A stretch of 64,000 bases of DNA. Origin: Octopus vulgaris (taxonomy: Eukaryota). The stretch is taken from assembly GCA_951406725.2 (NCBI GenBank), contig OX597833.1, forward strand, positions 43,276,001-43,340,000. The letters run 5' to 3'. Under the pieces are notes generated by a model. It did no database searches. It saw nothing but the letters and a program-made list of their open reading frames with translations, and had not been told where the DNA came from. Shown in pieces: positions 12,789-27,628 of this stretch (the first letter of the stretch is position 1; each line of letters opens with the position of its first letter). The position numbers and the translations under genes were made by a program.

Positions 12789-13189
12789 CTCTGTGTTGCA
12801 TTTTGTGGAACGATAACGACGTTGGATACGGTCTTCCAACGAGTCATTCAATGGTTCACTTCATTTCTGATGGAGTGAATCAGAGAATGGAGACAAGGGA
12901 GTGTCTGTAACTCAATGCGGAACAAATATCATAACGATCTTCGTGCGTAAATCATCTGTACCTTTTTTCGTTTTAACATAGGTGTTGATATCCTTTGCAG
13001 ATATAGATCAGCGGAAAATATATCTACGTGTGCATGTGTATGAGCGTATGTGTATGTGAGTGTGTGTGTCTGTGTGTTTATATGTGTATGAGTATGTATG
13101 TATTTGTGTGTGTGTCTGTGCATACATGCATGCAAAACAACATATTTCTATCTATAGCAGCATTTCCCAGAAGTACTGAAATCGATATG

Positions 13190-13503
13190 TGGAGGCGCAA
13201 TGGCCCAGTGGTTAGGGCAGCGGACTCGCGATCGTAGGATCGCGATTTCGATTCCCACAACGGGCGTTGTGGGTGTTTATTGAGCGAAAACACCTAAAGC
13301 TCCACGAGGTTCCGGCAGGGGCTGGTGGTGATCCCTGCTGTACTCTTTCGCCGCAACTTTCTCTCACTCTTTCTTCTGTTGGCCTGCTTGCTTAGCCAGG
13401 GAGGTGAAGTCATTTGAAGGCTAAAAAAACAATGCGAAGCGCATTGTGACCAGCGATGTGTAGCAACATCTGATAGCCTTGTCGGTCACGTGATCACCTG
13501 ATC
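13190..13503 (+). mobile_element. tRNA-derived SINE family C
   Basis: GGAGGCGCAATGGCCCAGTGGTTAGGG (A box) and TTTCGATTCC (B box), followed by a non-tRNA body; same head on the minus strand at about 26000-26095. Confidence 0.85.
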
Positions 13504-13654
13504 ACTGAAATCTATATAAATATTAGAAAGCCTTTCACTGTGATAAATGTCTATATAAGAATGTAAACCTATTTTTTTTATTTGCTTCCCTAGCGGGGAA
13601 AAAGCGATCGAGACTCCTGACGAACTCGTTCACGATTTATTGGGTGCTCCCCAG

Positions 13655-13896
13655 AGTAAGTTGATTATATCGCCCCCAGTACTTGGCTGTTCCTTTATTT
13701 TATCGACACCGAAAAGCTGAAAGACAAAGTTAATCTGAGTATTATTTGAAATCAGAAGGTAAAGAGCCGGAAGAAATGCATTTTCCCCGATGCGCTAACG
13801 ACTCTGCTAACTCGCCACCCTAATAATAATAATACTGATGATGATGACGATGAAGATGATGATGACGATGATGATGACGTTGATGATGATGATAAA

Positions 13897-13956
<60 letters not shown>

Positions 13957-14152
13957 CCTCTCAACTATAGGCACAAGGCTATGAATTTGATGGAAGGTGT
14001 AAGCCGATTAAATTGACCCAAGTGCTCAACTGTTACTTATTTTATCGACTCCGAAAGGATGAAAGGCCGATTCGACCTAGGCGGAATTTGTACTCAGAAC
14101 GTAAAAACGGATAAAATGCTTGCGAGCTAACGGTTCTGCCAGCTCGCCGCCT
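13655..14152 (-). mobile_element. Two SINE family A copies separated by (GAT)n
   Basis: Copies at about 13655-13820 and 13962-14152, both ending in CTCGCC(A/G)CC; (GAT)n at about 13835-13955. Confidence 0.8.
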
Positions 14153-14199
14153 TTGTAATGATAAGAAGATGAAGAAGAAGGAAATAGCCGTTTGAACAA

Positions 14200-14525
14200 A
14201 CTTAATAAAGACAAAGGTTGGCAAAACTCAGCCAGTGAGCCATTGCGAAATCTGTGGAAAAGGAGACAAAAGTATTAACCATCTCTCAGGTGAATTCAGT
14301 AAGCTGGCACAAAAAGAGTATCAACGCAGGCATGTCTGCGTCAGTAGCCAAGTTCGTGGATTCAAAGTAACGGAAAATATATATAAATACAAGCCAGTGG
14401 CTGTAACGGTGAGTGATAACTGCAGGATTTTGTGGCATTTCTTCAAAAATTCTAACCATACTGTTGAAGTAAGGAGACCAGATATGATAGTAGGGGACAA
14501 AGAAGGTCAAACACTTTGCAATACC
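14200..14525 (+). pseudogene. R4/Dong-type non-LTR fragment: zinc knuckle and restriction-like endonuclease
   Basis: ORF 14235-14531 gives CEICGKGDKSINHL...KLAQKEYQRRH...ILWHF...RRPDMIVGDK, the Cys/His knuckle plus PD motif of RLE-bearing elements. Confidence 0.8.
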
Positions 14526-14549
14526 ATATGATCGCAGAATGATAGTAGA

Positions 14550-14680
14550 GCCGAGGTCGACTATGCCTTTCATCCTTTTAGGGACGATAAATAAAGTACC
14601 CTTCAAGTACTGGGGTCGATGTAATCGACTTACTCTTCCCCCAAAGTTTCAGATCTTGTACTGATGATAGAAAGGAATAT
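14550..14680 (+). mobile_element. SINE family A, 5'-truncated
   Basis: CCGAGGTCGACTATGCCTTTCATCCTTT...CTGGGGTCGATGTAATCGACTT. Confidence 0.8.
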
Positions 14681-14868
14681 CATTATCATTATTATTATCT
14701 GACAAGCAAATCCGTGGTATTGAGCAGAATATTTGCTGTAGCCCATCTTTTATACCAAGACAAAACAATGTACATGATAACGCTTCCAATCAGTTAAGAT
14801 CAGAAGCCACGAGAGCCACTGCCTGGTACTGCATCATGGCAAATTACTACTACTACTACTACTACTAC

Positions 14869-14925
<57 letters not shown>

Positions 14926-15050
14926 CAGCGTCTGTTTGAATTACCGGTACGATCCACCCGACAGGGTGCTTTAACTTTCCAGCTACCCAATTTTACTCAC
15001 AACATGTGGGTCGCGAACAAACGTAGATACTCTCTCGATCTTTCCATCGC

Positions 15051-15124
<74 letters not shown>

Positions 15125-15288
15125 CGGGAGTCGTCTGTTATAGTCATAGATAGTATTATCAACCGTTCATTGTTATTGAAAAGGCTTCGTCCCAAAGTAT
15201 ACATAATAAGCGACTTCCACGCTTTATGTGAGTTTGTTTTGCGCGTGCGCGTTACTACATATGTCCTTATGTGTGCGTGTGCTTGTGC

Positions 15289-15323
<35 letters not shown>

Positions 15324-16376
15324 CGTGTGTGTGCCTATATATGTGTGTGTGCACCACTGAAGTATATGTATCACTTAAGTATAAAGGATCTAGACATCTA
15401 GGAAATCAAATAAGAAAAATAGTTTTCAAATGAAGTCCCTTGACATATTTGCTCTGCATCAAGTTACAGACACATCCTTGCCACTCTCGCCATTAGGAAA
15501 GTAGCGAACCAATGACTGGTAAGTTCGGGAACCTGTGATATAATTATTCACCAAATGCTATAAAAAGCATAAGAGTATACTATCTTCTTAATACATTTAG
15601 GCTTGTTTTCATTATCTTTATTATTAATTTTTTGTTTCATTTCCTAATATCTCATTCCTTAAGAATTCCTAGCCAGAGTCTCTACTATTTCCTCATTATA
15701 ATTATATTTATCTATTTATTAATTTTTGATATTTCCTGTAAACTTTTCGGCTGTCTTCTCTACACGATACTTAACTAGAGTATAACACATGAAATACACA
15801 GTATATTATCATAATACGTTGATGTATCATATTTTGACTACGCATTGAATTTATGGCAGTTTCTATTTCTGAGTTTCAGGATTCTCCTTAATATTTATTG
15901 AGACTCTTTCTGCTTGTCGATATCCATCTATGTATACAGACAGAAATAGAAAGGCCGGCATACTCATATGCGTGGATATATGTATACTTACGCTCACATT
16001 ACGTTCATACATACATACATACATACATACATACATACATACATACATACACGTGTGCATGCATACGTGTATGTATGCATGTATGGTTTATGAATACATA
16101 CATATGCACACAAACATATATGCTAAGATAGCTAGATAAATAGATAGATACATACATACATACATTACATACATATAAACATACATACATACGTGCATAT
16201 ATACATATATACATACACACACATACGCACGTAAATACATACATGCATACACATACATACGTACGTACGTACATACATATATACATACATGCATACATAC
16301 ATACATACATATGTCCATATGAGGCTATGTATGATCATACCTGCTCGATATTTAGTGTTGAACACATTTCGCTTCA

Positions 16377-16634
16377 CAGTAATCCCTCACCATATCGCGG
16401 TTCACTTATCGCGGTTCACCTATCGCTGATCACCTATCGCAGGTCACCTGTCGCGGTTTATCATTTAAGCTTACGTCGATTCCTTTGTGGTGTTTTTTGC
16501 ATTTATAATAAAATTAAGATATACAAAATACAAAAATGATTAAAAATATATACAGTACTGTTTCTATTTCGGGGGTTTTCCCCAATCGCAGCGGGGTTTG
16601 GAACGCAGCACCCGCGATAGTCGAGGGACTACTG
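16377..16634. mobile_element. Tigger/pogo-like MITE
   Basis: Terminal inverted repeats CAGTAATCCCTC and GAGGGACTACTG, TA on the right flank; internal 14-bp tandem TATCGCGGTTCACC-like repeats at about 16393-16460. Confidence 0.75.
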
Positions 16635-16819
16635 TATATACGTGTGACTGTGTTTTTATGAATATATGAATATATACGCATACATGTTTTCATCTCTTTC
16701 TCCCCACCTCTCTCTACCTGTTTCTCTCTTTCCCTCTCACTACATACTCACACAGACACATACATACACACTCTCACTCACACTCACACACACACACACA
16801 CACTCACACACACAAATAT

Positions 16820-17700
16820 ATACTTGATTTGCCTTTTGTTTATTTTTGTCCATCAAATTTAATGATGACGATCTCCAATTTTCGATTTTTTTGGTGACAG
16901 TTGATCACCATCACAATTCTTGTGTACACATGCAGATTTGGAGCGAACTTGTGAATGTTTGGCGGAGGAGACTAAGCAATAATCCGCAAATATGTCTCGT
17001 TTCTCCTGGTAATACCGAGAGTGTTTCTCTCCCATATCTTAAGTCCCTCTCCAATAGTCGGCATCAACATATATCGTATGCTTGCAGCTCGTTGATGGCA
17101 CCACAACAAAAGTCTTCCCGATCAAGCGCGAGTTCTCTAGCTGCCTTGCTACTTTTTTCCAACCTGCTCGGGAAATTGATCGTCCGTTGCGTTCTTAGCC
17201 TGCCTCTTGATTATCTACCCTTTTCCATTTTCTTCCTTTCATTATAATGTTTTCCTGATATTTTCTCCTTAGAATATGGTCATAATGGACGAGCTTTTGT
17301 GTTCACACAAAGTTCAAGAGTTGTCATCTTTCACCTACTTGCTTTAACACCCATTCATTTGTCCGATAAGCCTTATAAGAGACTCGTAACAATCTCCTAT
17401 ACGCTCACATTTCAAACGCATTTATTATGCTCTCTTCAAATTTATTCAGAGTCTATGCTTCGCAACTTTAAATGCCTATTGACCAAATGAGCGCTCACAG
17501 TATGTTGGGACACTATTCCAGATGTTAAGCTTTTCTATGGATGTTGTCATGACTAGTAGTGTTCTAATTTCTTTCTAACATGGGGCTTCATCAGAGACAT
17601 GGGCTCCAAGATACTTGCACAATTAATCTTTTTCGAGCCTCTCATTACCCAGTTCGATGTTAACATTTATCTCTCTTTTCCTACAACCATGACTTTTGTT
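16820..17700 (-). pseudogene. Decayed LINE 3' region (RTE-like)
   Basis: Minus-strand fragments resembling the RGRP...W...A.DR..W C-terminal region of RTE ORF2; no intact ORF. Confidence 0.4.
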
Positions 17701-17817
17701 TTCTTATGGTTGCGATAAAAAATCTATCATTTCTTGTTGTCCTGCTCCAATCTCGGCAAGCAGAGATTAGATTAGAAGCAGAGATTAGATTAGAAATATG
17801 CAAGCCATATATTTTGA

Positions 17818-17911
17818 TTTGATACCATCTTTTTCTTACATAATTTTGATACCATCTTTTTCTTACATAATTTTTCTTACATAATTTTGATACCATCTTT
17901 TTCTCACATAA
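17818..17911. repeat. 27-bp minisatellite (about 3.5 units)
   Basis: TTTTGATACCATCTTTTTCTTACATAA repeated; an 18-bp duplication GCAGAGATTAGATTAGAA lies just upstream. Confidence 0.9.
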
Positions 17912-19879
17912 GCATTTCAAGTGATCCCAGTGAGAACTCCTTCGTTGACCTGTAATTTCAGAAGAGGCTACAGCGATAGTTGTAAGAAATATGAAATCTA
18001 TATCTACCCTTAGTCGTTCGCACTCCAGCATAGTGTTTAAGATTAATAAAAATTATTTACGCTTATGTATGTTACGCTGTATGTTAGCTTAGAAAAGATA
18101 ACATTTTTAGAGAGGTGTTGTACTGATATTCTGGGATGTTGCGGATATCTGATGCTTGGCTGGGTATGTAAAGGCAGAGAGCGTGAGCATTTGAGTTTGC
18201 TGCAACAAATAACTGGGCCCTTCACATGTCCAAACGGTCTGTCATTTGTAGTAATTTTGTTTCGTTAGTGGTGACGGTAGTCTTTATGGTTTGTGTTCTT
18301 TGCAGTTCATTCTCGTTGTCCTTATTGTTTAACTCTAAATAGGTCTGATCAACCAGAACTATGATAAAAGTCTTTCTAGCTTTGATCATCCCTTCATTTT
18401 ATCTGTTCGGTAGTACATTACCTGATGTGTTTTTAATTTTGTAGATCGAAAAAGGTGTTTTGTCCAATTATTTCTGAGGTGGTTTGTTCGGCCGTTTCTT
18501 GTAGGTCGAGCGATTTCGTATATGATCCTATTCGGATCGTCGCTTATTGTGGTTTACTGTGGAGAGATTGGAGATCAAGAAGAAGATCGAGAAGTGCTCA
18601 TTTAATCCATGATTATTTGCTGCTTATACAACTATGTTGGTCAAATGAAATACTTGTGAATGCTCCAAATGTGTCATTTGCTTTATTTCATAAACAATAT
18701 AAATGTAGAGTCGTATTTAACTACAAATATGTTGTATTCTCTGTATGTGTGCGCGTGTATGTGTGTGTGCGTGTGTGTGTGTATAAGCGCGTGTGTAATA
18801 CGTTTATCTTGTCGAGTATATGATATTCTCTAATGTAGCTGGCTAGAGAGAAGACAGTGAGTTTGATAGGTGTTACAAGTCGGTCGTTTTGCAGCCAAGT
18901 TTCTTGCAGCCAACTTGATGTCGTGTTGGAGGTGCTGTGCATCTATGTCTGGTGCATCTATGTCTGCATGACTAGGTTGTGATGTCATCTGCATTTGAGT
19001 TTTGTTTATGTGAGTTTTATGGAGACGTGAGAATATCGTATAGATATAGGTTAAAAAGCGTGGGTGATAGGACGCTTCCTTGTGGTAACATGGGAGATTA
19101 TTTACCAGCAGCAGTTTTATCTTGTTCCGTAAGGAGATACCGAGTGTTTTGCGTACAAGAGAAAAGGAGTTGATACTTTGACTAATGCCAATGTTAATTA
19201 GAATGGTGTGTGTGTGTGTGCGTATGCGTGTGTATGCGTGAGTGATTGTAGTGTTTTGTTATTAGCACACGTAGTTTCGGGTGAAATTTTAATGTGTATT
19301 AAGTTGGTTGATTGCAATGACCTGAAATCGTGTTGTGAAACAAAACGCGTAAATTGGTAATATAAAGAATGAGAAATTCTATGTTGTCTCCTTAAACGTT
19401 TTAATTGTTTTTGTTATGGGTGTTTTCGTTTTGTTTTTTGTTCTTTTTTTCATATTTATTAACTCATTATGTTTATGATTGTTGCATGGGAAAGGTTAGT
19501 CATAGAGCGACAGTAGGTGTGAGGCTTGGAGTTTCAGTTCGCTACAGCAAGAACTAGGTCCTTCACATGTCTAAATGATCAGATACTCTTTCGGTTTCAG
19601 TAATTTTTGTTTTGTTGTGCTGTTGGCTTTGTGTCTGCAATCTGCGCGTAACTTGTAATGATACGAGGTACAAGATTTTGTATTTATCCTTCTTCTTCTT
19701 CTTCTTCTTCTTCTTCTTCTTCTTGTTATTGTGCGTGCGTACATTGACGTTTCAAAAGGTCGTCTCGACCTGTTCGACATCATATTCTGAAAACGATGTA
19801 TATAGATAGTGGTATATATTTGTTGCGCTTTGTGCTCTGTAACAGGATGAAGAATATTATACTGCAATTAATATCCTCT

Positions 19880-23320
<3,441 letters not shown>

Positions 23321-24099
23321 AAATCAGATGAACAACGATAATAAACTGTTGAAAGCATTTTAAAGGATATTTTATTAAGATTATTTATATAAAGCCTCAG
23401 AATAAATCCTATTTAATTTACATACTGTAAAAATTCAATTCAAAATTCAATGGTTTTCTTTTCATGTAATAGAAGATAAAACAGACTTAGTTCCAACCGA
23501 TATTACAAATAAAAACGATAACAATAAGAACACAAATATTGTATTGCAGTCAAAAATAAGAAACAAAGAGAGAGAAGAAAAGCAAATACACCTAATAGTT
23601 TTTTCAAGCAAAAAGAAAAATGAAATCTATATTTAAGATGGCTGATGTAAAGTGTGAAAACACTTGCCCACACGGCACTTGCTAAAAGCATTGTTACATA
23701 TTTAGCATGTATTGGAGTGATATGTACAATGGAAAAACCTCATCTCGGGCGTTTGGCCGTGGAGAAATAGCAACCAAATCTACGCACGTTCTTTGAATGG
23801 GAAGAATATGTGTAATGTAACTTTAGATAGGTTACTAATGTCTCGGTTTGACCTAGAGCTAATTAGCATTCCGGATTCAGTCCTACGGAATAGCTCATTC
23901 AGCAAATGTTTTCTACTATAGCCTCGGGACGACCAAGGCCGTGTGAGGGGATTTGGTGGGCGGAAACTGAAAGAACTCCGTTGTATATGTATATATAAAC
24001 AGCTACACTGTCCTGTTCTTGTTACCACTTTCACCCTCCGCAAAATATCCCAAATTTTATTCAATTTGCTTTACGGGAAGGACTGTTTCAACGGAGTCG

Positions 24100-24305
24100 C
24101 GTAATGTCCTTACCTTCGATACGCGGAGTACATAAAACAGGGACAACTGATGAAGGGGAATACTCTCTATGTTGCATGTCTCGTTTCTCTGTTTGTTTGT
24201 TTTTTTCGTTGTTCAAAAAAGTAGTTCATTTTCTATATTTTGTTTTTATGATTTCGTTTCTCATTGTGTTCAACGTTTTTTTTTATGTCCTGCACCCATA
24301 TATGC
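24100..24305 (+). mobile_element. Short dispersed repeat with hammerhead-like words; second copy inverted at about 50690-50890
   Basis: CCTTCGATACGCGGAGTA...AACAGGGACAACTGATGAAGGGGAAT...TCGTTTCTCATTGTGTTCAAC; its reverse complement is present at about 50690-50890. Confidence 0.7.
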
Positions 24306-24357
24306 ATGTAGGTATGTACATATATGTATGTATATATGCATATATTTATATATTATT

Positions 24358-24410
<53 letters not shown>

Positions 24411-24499
24411 CATGCATATATACATATATATGTATATATGCATGTATATATATACATATATATGTAGGTATGTATATATGCATATATTTATATATTATT

Positions 24500-24538
<39 letters not shown>

Positions 24539-24634
24539 CATATACATGCATATATACATATATATGTATATATGCATGTATATATATACATATATATGTA
24601 GGTATGTATATATGCATATATTTATATATTATTC

Positions 24635-24677
<43 letters not shown>

Positions 24678-24681
<4 letters not shown>

Positions 24682-24838
24682 GCAGCGTGGAAGGTGTTTG
24701 TAGCCATTTAAGAAACACACAAAAGCCGTTCGATTCACTTCAACATTTAAGTTTGATTTGTCAAAATATTTTCGTCGCTTTAAGACCGCGACCTGTTCAG
24801 TGAACAGGTTGCGGTCTTAAAGCGACCACGCTGCAATT
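24678..24838. mobile_element. Fold-back module: 26-bp palindrome of a hammerhead core (G3-C8) within 13-bp inverted repeats
   Basis: Arms 24774-24799 and 24801-24826 (one mismatch); AATTGCAGCGTGG 24678-24690 pairs with CCACGCTGCAATT 24826-24838. Confidence 0.8.
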
Positions 24839-24886
24839 GTTTTCATTTCAGCACACGATCTCAGATCAAATCACTTGCTATGCAGG

Positions 24887-24917
<31 letters not shown>

Positions 24918-25010
24918 ACACACGCACACACATATATATGTATGGATGTTTGTATGTATCTATCGATCTATCTATGCATGTATGTATGTATGTATGTATA
25001 CACATATGAG

Positions 25011-25524
25011 TAAATGTAATGAGAAACAAATTAGGTGAGTCGATTTACGCAGAATGTTAAATACATTTAACAGAAAAAATGTTCATGTGTATGGATATAA
25101 AATAGTCCGACTTACAGAATATAAATGATATCAGGAGTTAAATGGGTAGAATTTTACGAGTCCAAAAGCTGTTTCTGGGGGCTTGGTAGTCCGGAATAAG
25201 GATAGTTACTTGGAACCATTATCGGATAACATCACCTCCGTCGTCATCCTGTCAACACTTCAAATTCTTCCATGTCAAATTCTCCCCTGAAGACGGGGAC
25301 AGTGTTATCTGATAAAGGATTCAAGTAATTATAAGTATTCCTGACCACCAAGCTCCCTGAACAGCCTTTGGACTCGTAAAACTCTACCCGTTAAACTCCT
25401 GATATCATTTATATTCTGTAAGATGGACTATTTTATATCCATAATCATGTACAATTTTTTTCTATTAAATATATTTAATATTCTGTGTAAATCAATTTGC
25501 CTAACTTGCTTCTCATTACATTTA
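25011..25524. mobile_element. Long inverted repeat (~236-bp arms, 41-nt spacer), PLE inverted pseudo-LTR-like
   Basis: 25011-25246 is the reverse complement of 25288-25524 (9 mismatches in the outer 60 bp); each arm has a decayed hammerhead (CTGAAGA/ATGACGA...GAA(A)CAGC). Confidence 0.85.
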
Positions 25525-25789
25525 TATTTCCTCATCTACCGGCTCAGGTTCAAATCTCTTGAGCACTTCGAAGTGTAAGGACCCTCTAAATACACCTATT
25601 AAAGAGCGTGTACTCTATGTGGATATTAGATACTAGAAGATCAACCAATCAAATCTATCAGCTGCTTTAAAATGGGAAGAATATATTCTTAAATATATTT
25701 TTAGAAAAGGTAAGACGAGAGGGCTACAGTTATAATGACTTTGATCGTAGTTCAACTCGAACTGGATTAAGGCTAAATAAACTATCTTC

Positions 25790-26095
25790 TTTTCGCCCTT
25801 TTCAAGCCTAGCCAGGCTTATGGGCCCTGTTTCCCTGTTTCTGTGGCGTAGTGTTCCCCCCAGCTGGACGGGACGCCAGTCCATCGCAGCGTTACCCAAG
25901 AAACAGAAAGAAAGAGTGAGAGAATGTTGGGGTGAAATAGGACAACAGGGGTCACCACCATCCCCTGCCGGAGCTTTAGGTGGAGCTTTAGGTGTTTTCC
26001 CTCAATATGCACACACAACGCCCGGTCTGGGAATCGAAACCGCGATCCCCCGACCGCGAGTCCGCTGCCCTAACCACTGGGCCATTGCGCCCCCC
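25790..26095 (-). mobile_element. tRNA-derived SINE family C
   Basis: Head nearly identical to 13190; different 3' tail, shared with 38205-38368. Confidence 0.85.
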
Positions 26096-26965
26096 TAAAT
26101 AAACTATAATAGCTTGAAAAAGACTTAACCGACCGCTATCAACATATCTCCAAAAAATAGCAATACAGCTATACTTCATAGTGGTTATTCTAAAACGAAA
26201 GCTCGTACAATAATAATCATACAAATATTGCTACCCTCAAGACATTTGCAAACATCATGAAATATGTGAGCAAAGCCATAAGAAACGACTCATAATGCAT
26301 CTTTAGAAGAGGGATGAACGTCATAGCTCTCGTTTTTTGTCGGCGAAAAGCTGTAAGATAGGTGTCCAGTGTAGTTTATGAATACACCTACTCACCCTAC
26401 GTTTTTCATTCTCATTAAAAATAAGTGAAACAATGAAGATCTTAAGAGATGTGTGTCATTGTGCTTTAAAAGAACATAAGGCACACACTTTTTAATTCTC
26501 TCGTCCTAAACGTTCACGGTTGTTTTCGGACTTTTAGTTAGCTCTTTTGGTTGAAAACAAATATAGGTATATGTATCATATTTGATGCTTGCCCTGTGTC
26601 TTACATGTGATGCCTGTCTTACGAAGTGTCTTGAATGCAGAAGTAACTATAAAAGAACAGCTTGTAATGAATTGTCTGGTCGAGAAAAACGTTTGGATAA
26701 AAGAAAAGACACGGGCGATGATCCACGGGAGTCAAGCCACGAATCTATTGTAACCCGGACAGTGATGATACCATTTTCTCACCCGCAGCGACTCTCCAGC
26801 TTTCAACAGTCCAAACTGGACGCTTTGATCGTAAGAGCAAGAAAGAGCGCTTGTTTAAATTTAGATCGTTATTTCAGAAGCATTGGTTTATTTTAGTATT
26901 TGTTGCCACTTCTAAAATTACGATCTGCAAGCAAAACAATACCCTACCCACCCATATGTGTGTGC

Positions 26966-27069
<104 letters not shown>

Positions 27070-27192
27070 ATGTGTGCGTGTGTGAAATCGTTTATTTCTT
27101 TTATCGAGTGACTATCGTAATTTACAGAACTAGATTACGATGAAGGATAATCTCAGCTTCTAATAACAAATACATACATACATTACATATTT

Positions 27193-27261
<69 letters not shown>

Positions 27262-27426
27262 CGTATATATATATACACACACACACTTGTTTGCGTTGAG
27301 TAGGTTTATATCACGATTTTTACATTCAAACATACATATGTATGTATGTATGTATGTATATATATATATAATATATACATATACACACATATATCTATAT
27401 CTATCTATCTATACATACATACATAC

Positions 27427-27467
<41 letters not shown>

Positions 27468-27483
27468 GTATATATATATATAC

Positions 27484-27538
<55 letters not shown>

Positions 27539-27572
27539 CATACATACATACATACATACATACATACATACA

Positions 27573-27628
<56 letters not shown>

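Noticed and set aside
13190-13265. tRNA-like sequence (also at about 26020-26095 and 54220-54291)
   Set aside because: No complete acceptor stem; continues into a repeated SINE body, so it is a SINE head and not a tRNA gene.
18445-18823. Acceptor-like TTTTGTAG followed by a 122-aa ORF
   Set aside because: No recognisable protein, no clear donor, and the ORF runs into a TG repeat.
24105-24160. Permuted hammerhead (GATAC...CTGATGA) in the repeat shared with 50690-50890
   Set aside because: GAAA is mutated here, the core is mutated in the other copy, and no convincing stem I can be drawn.
26299-26359. TAGAAGA...CGAAAAGCTGTAAGA hammerhead-like remnant
   Set aside because: Core and stem II too eroded to support, although it may be an old copy.
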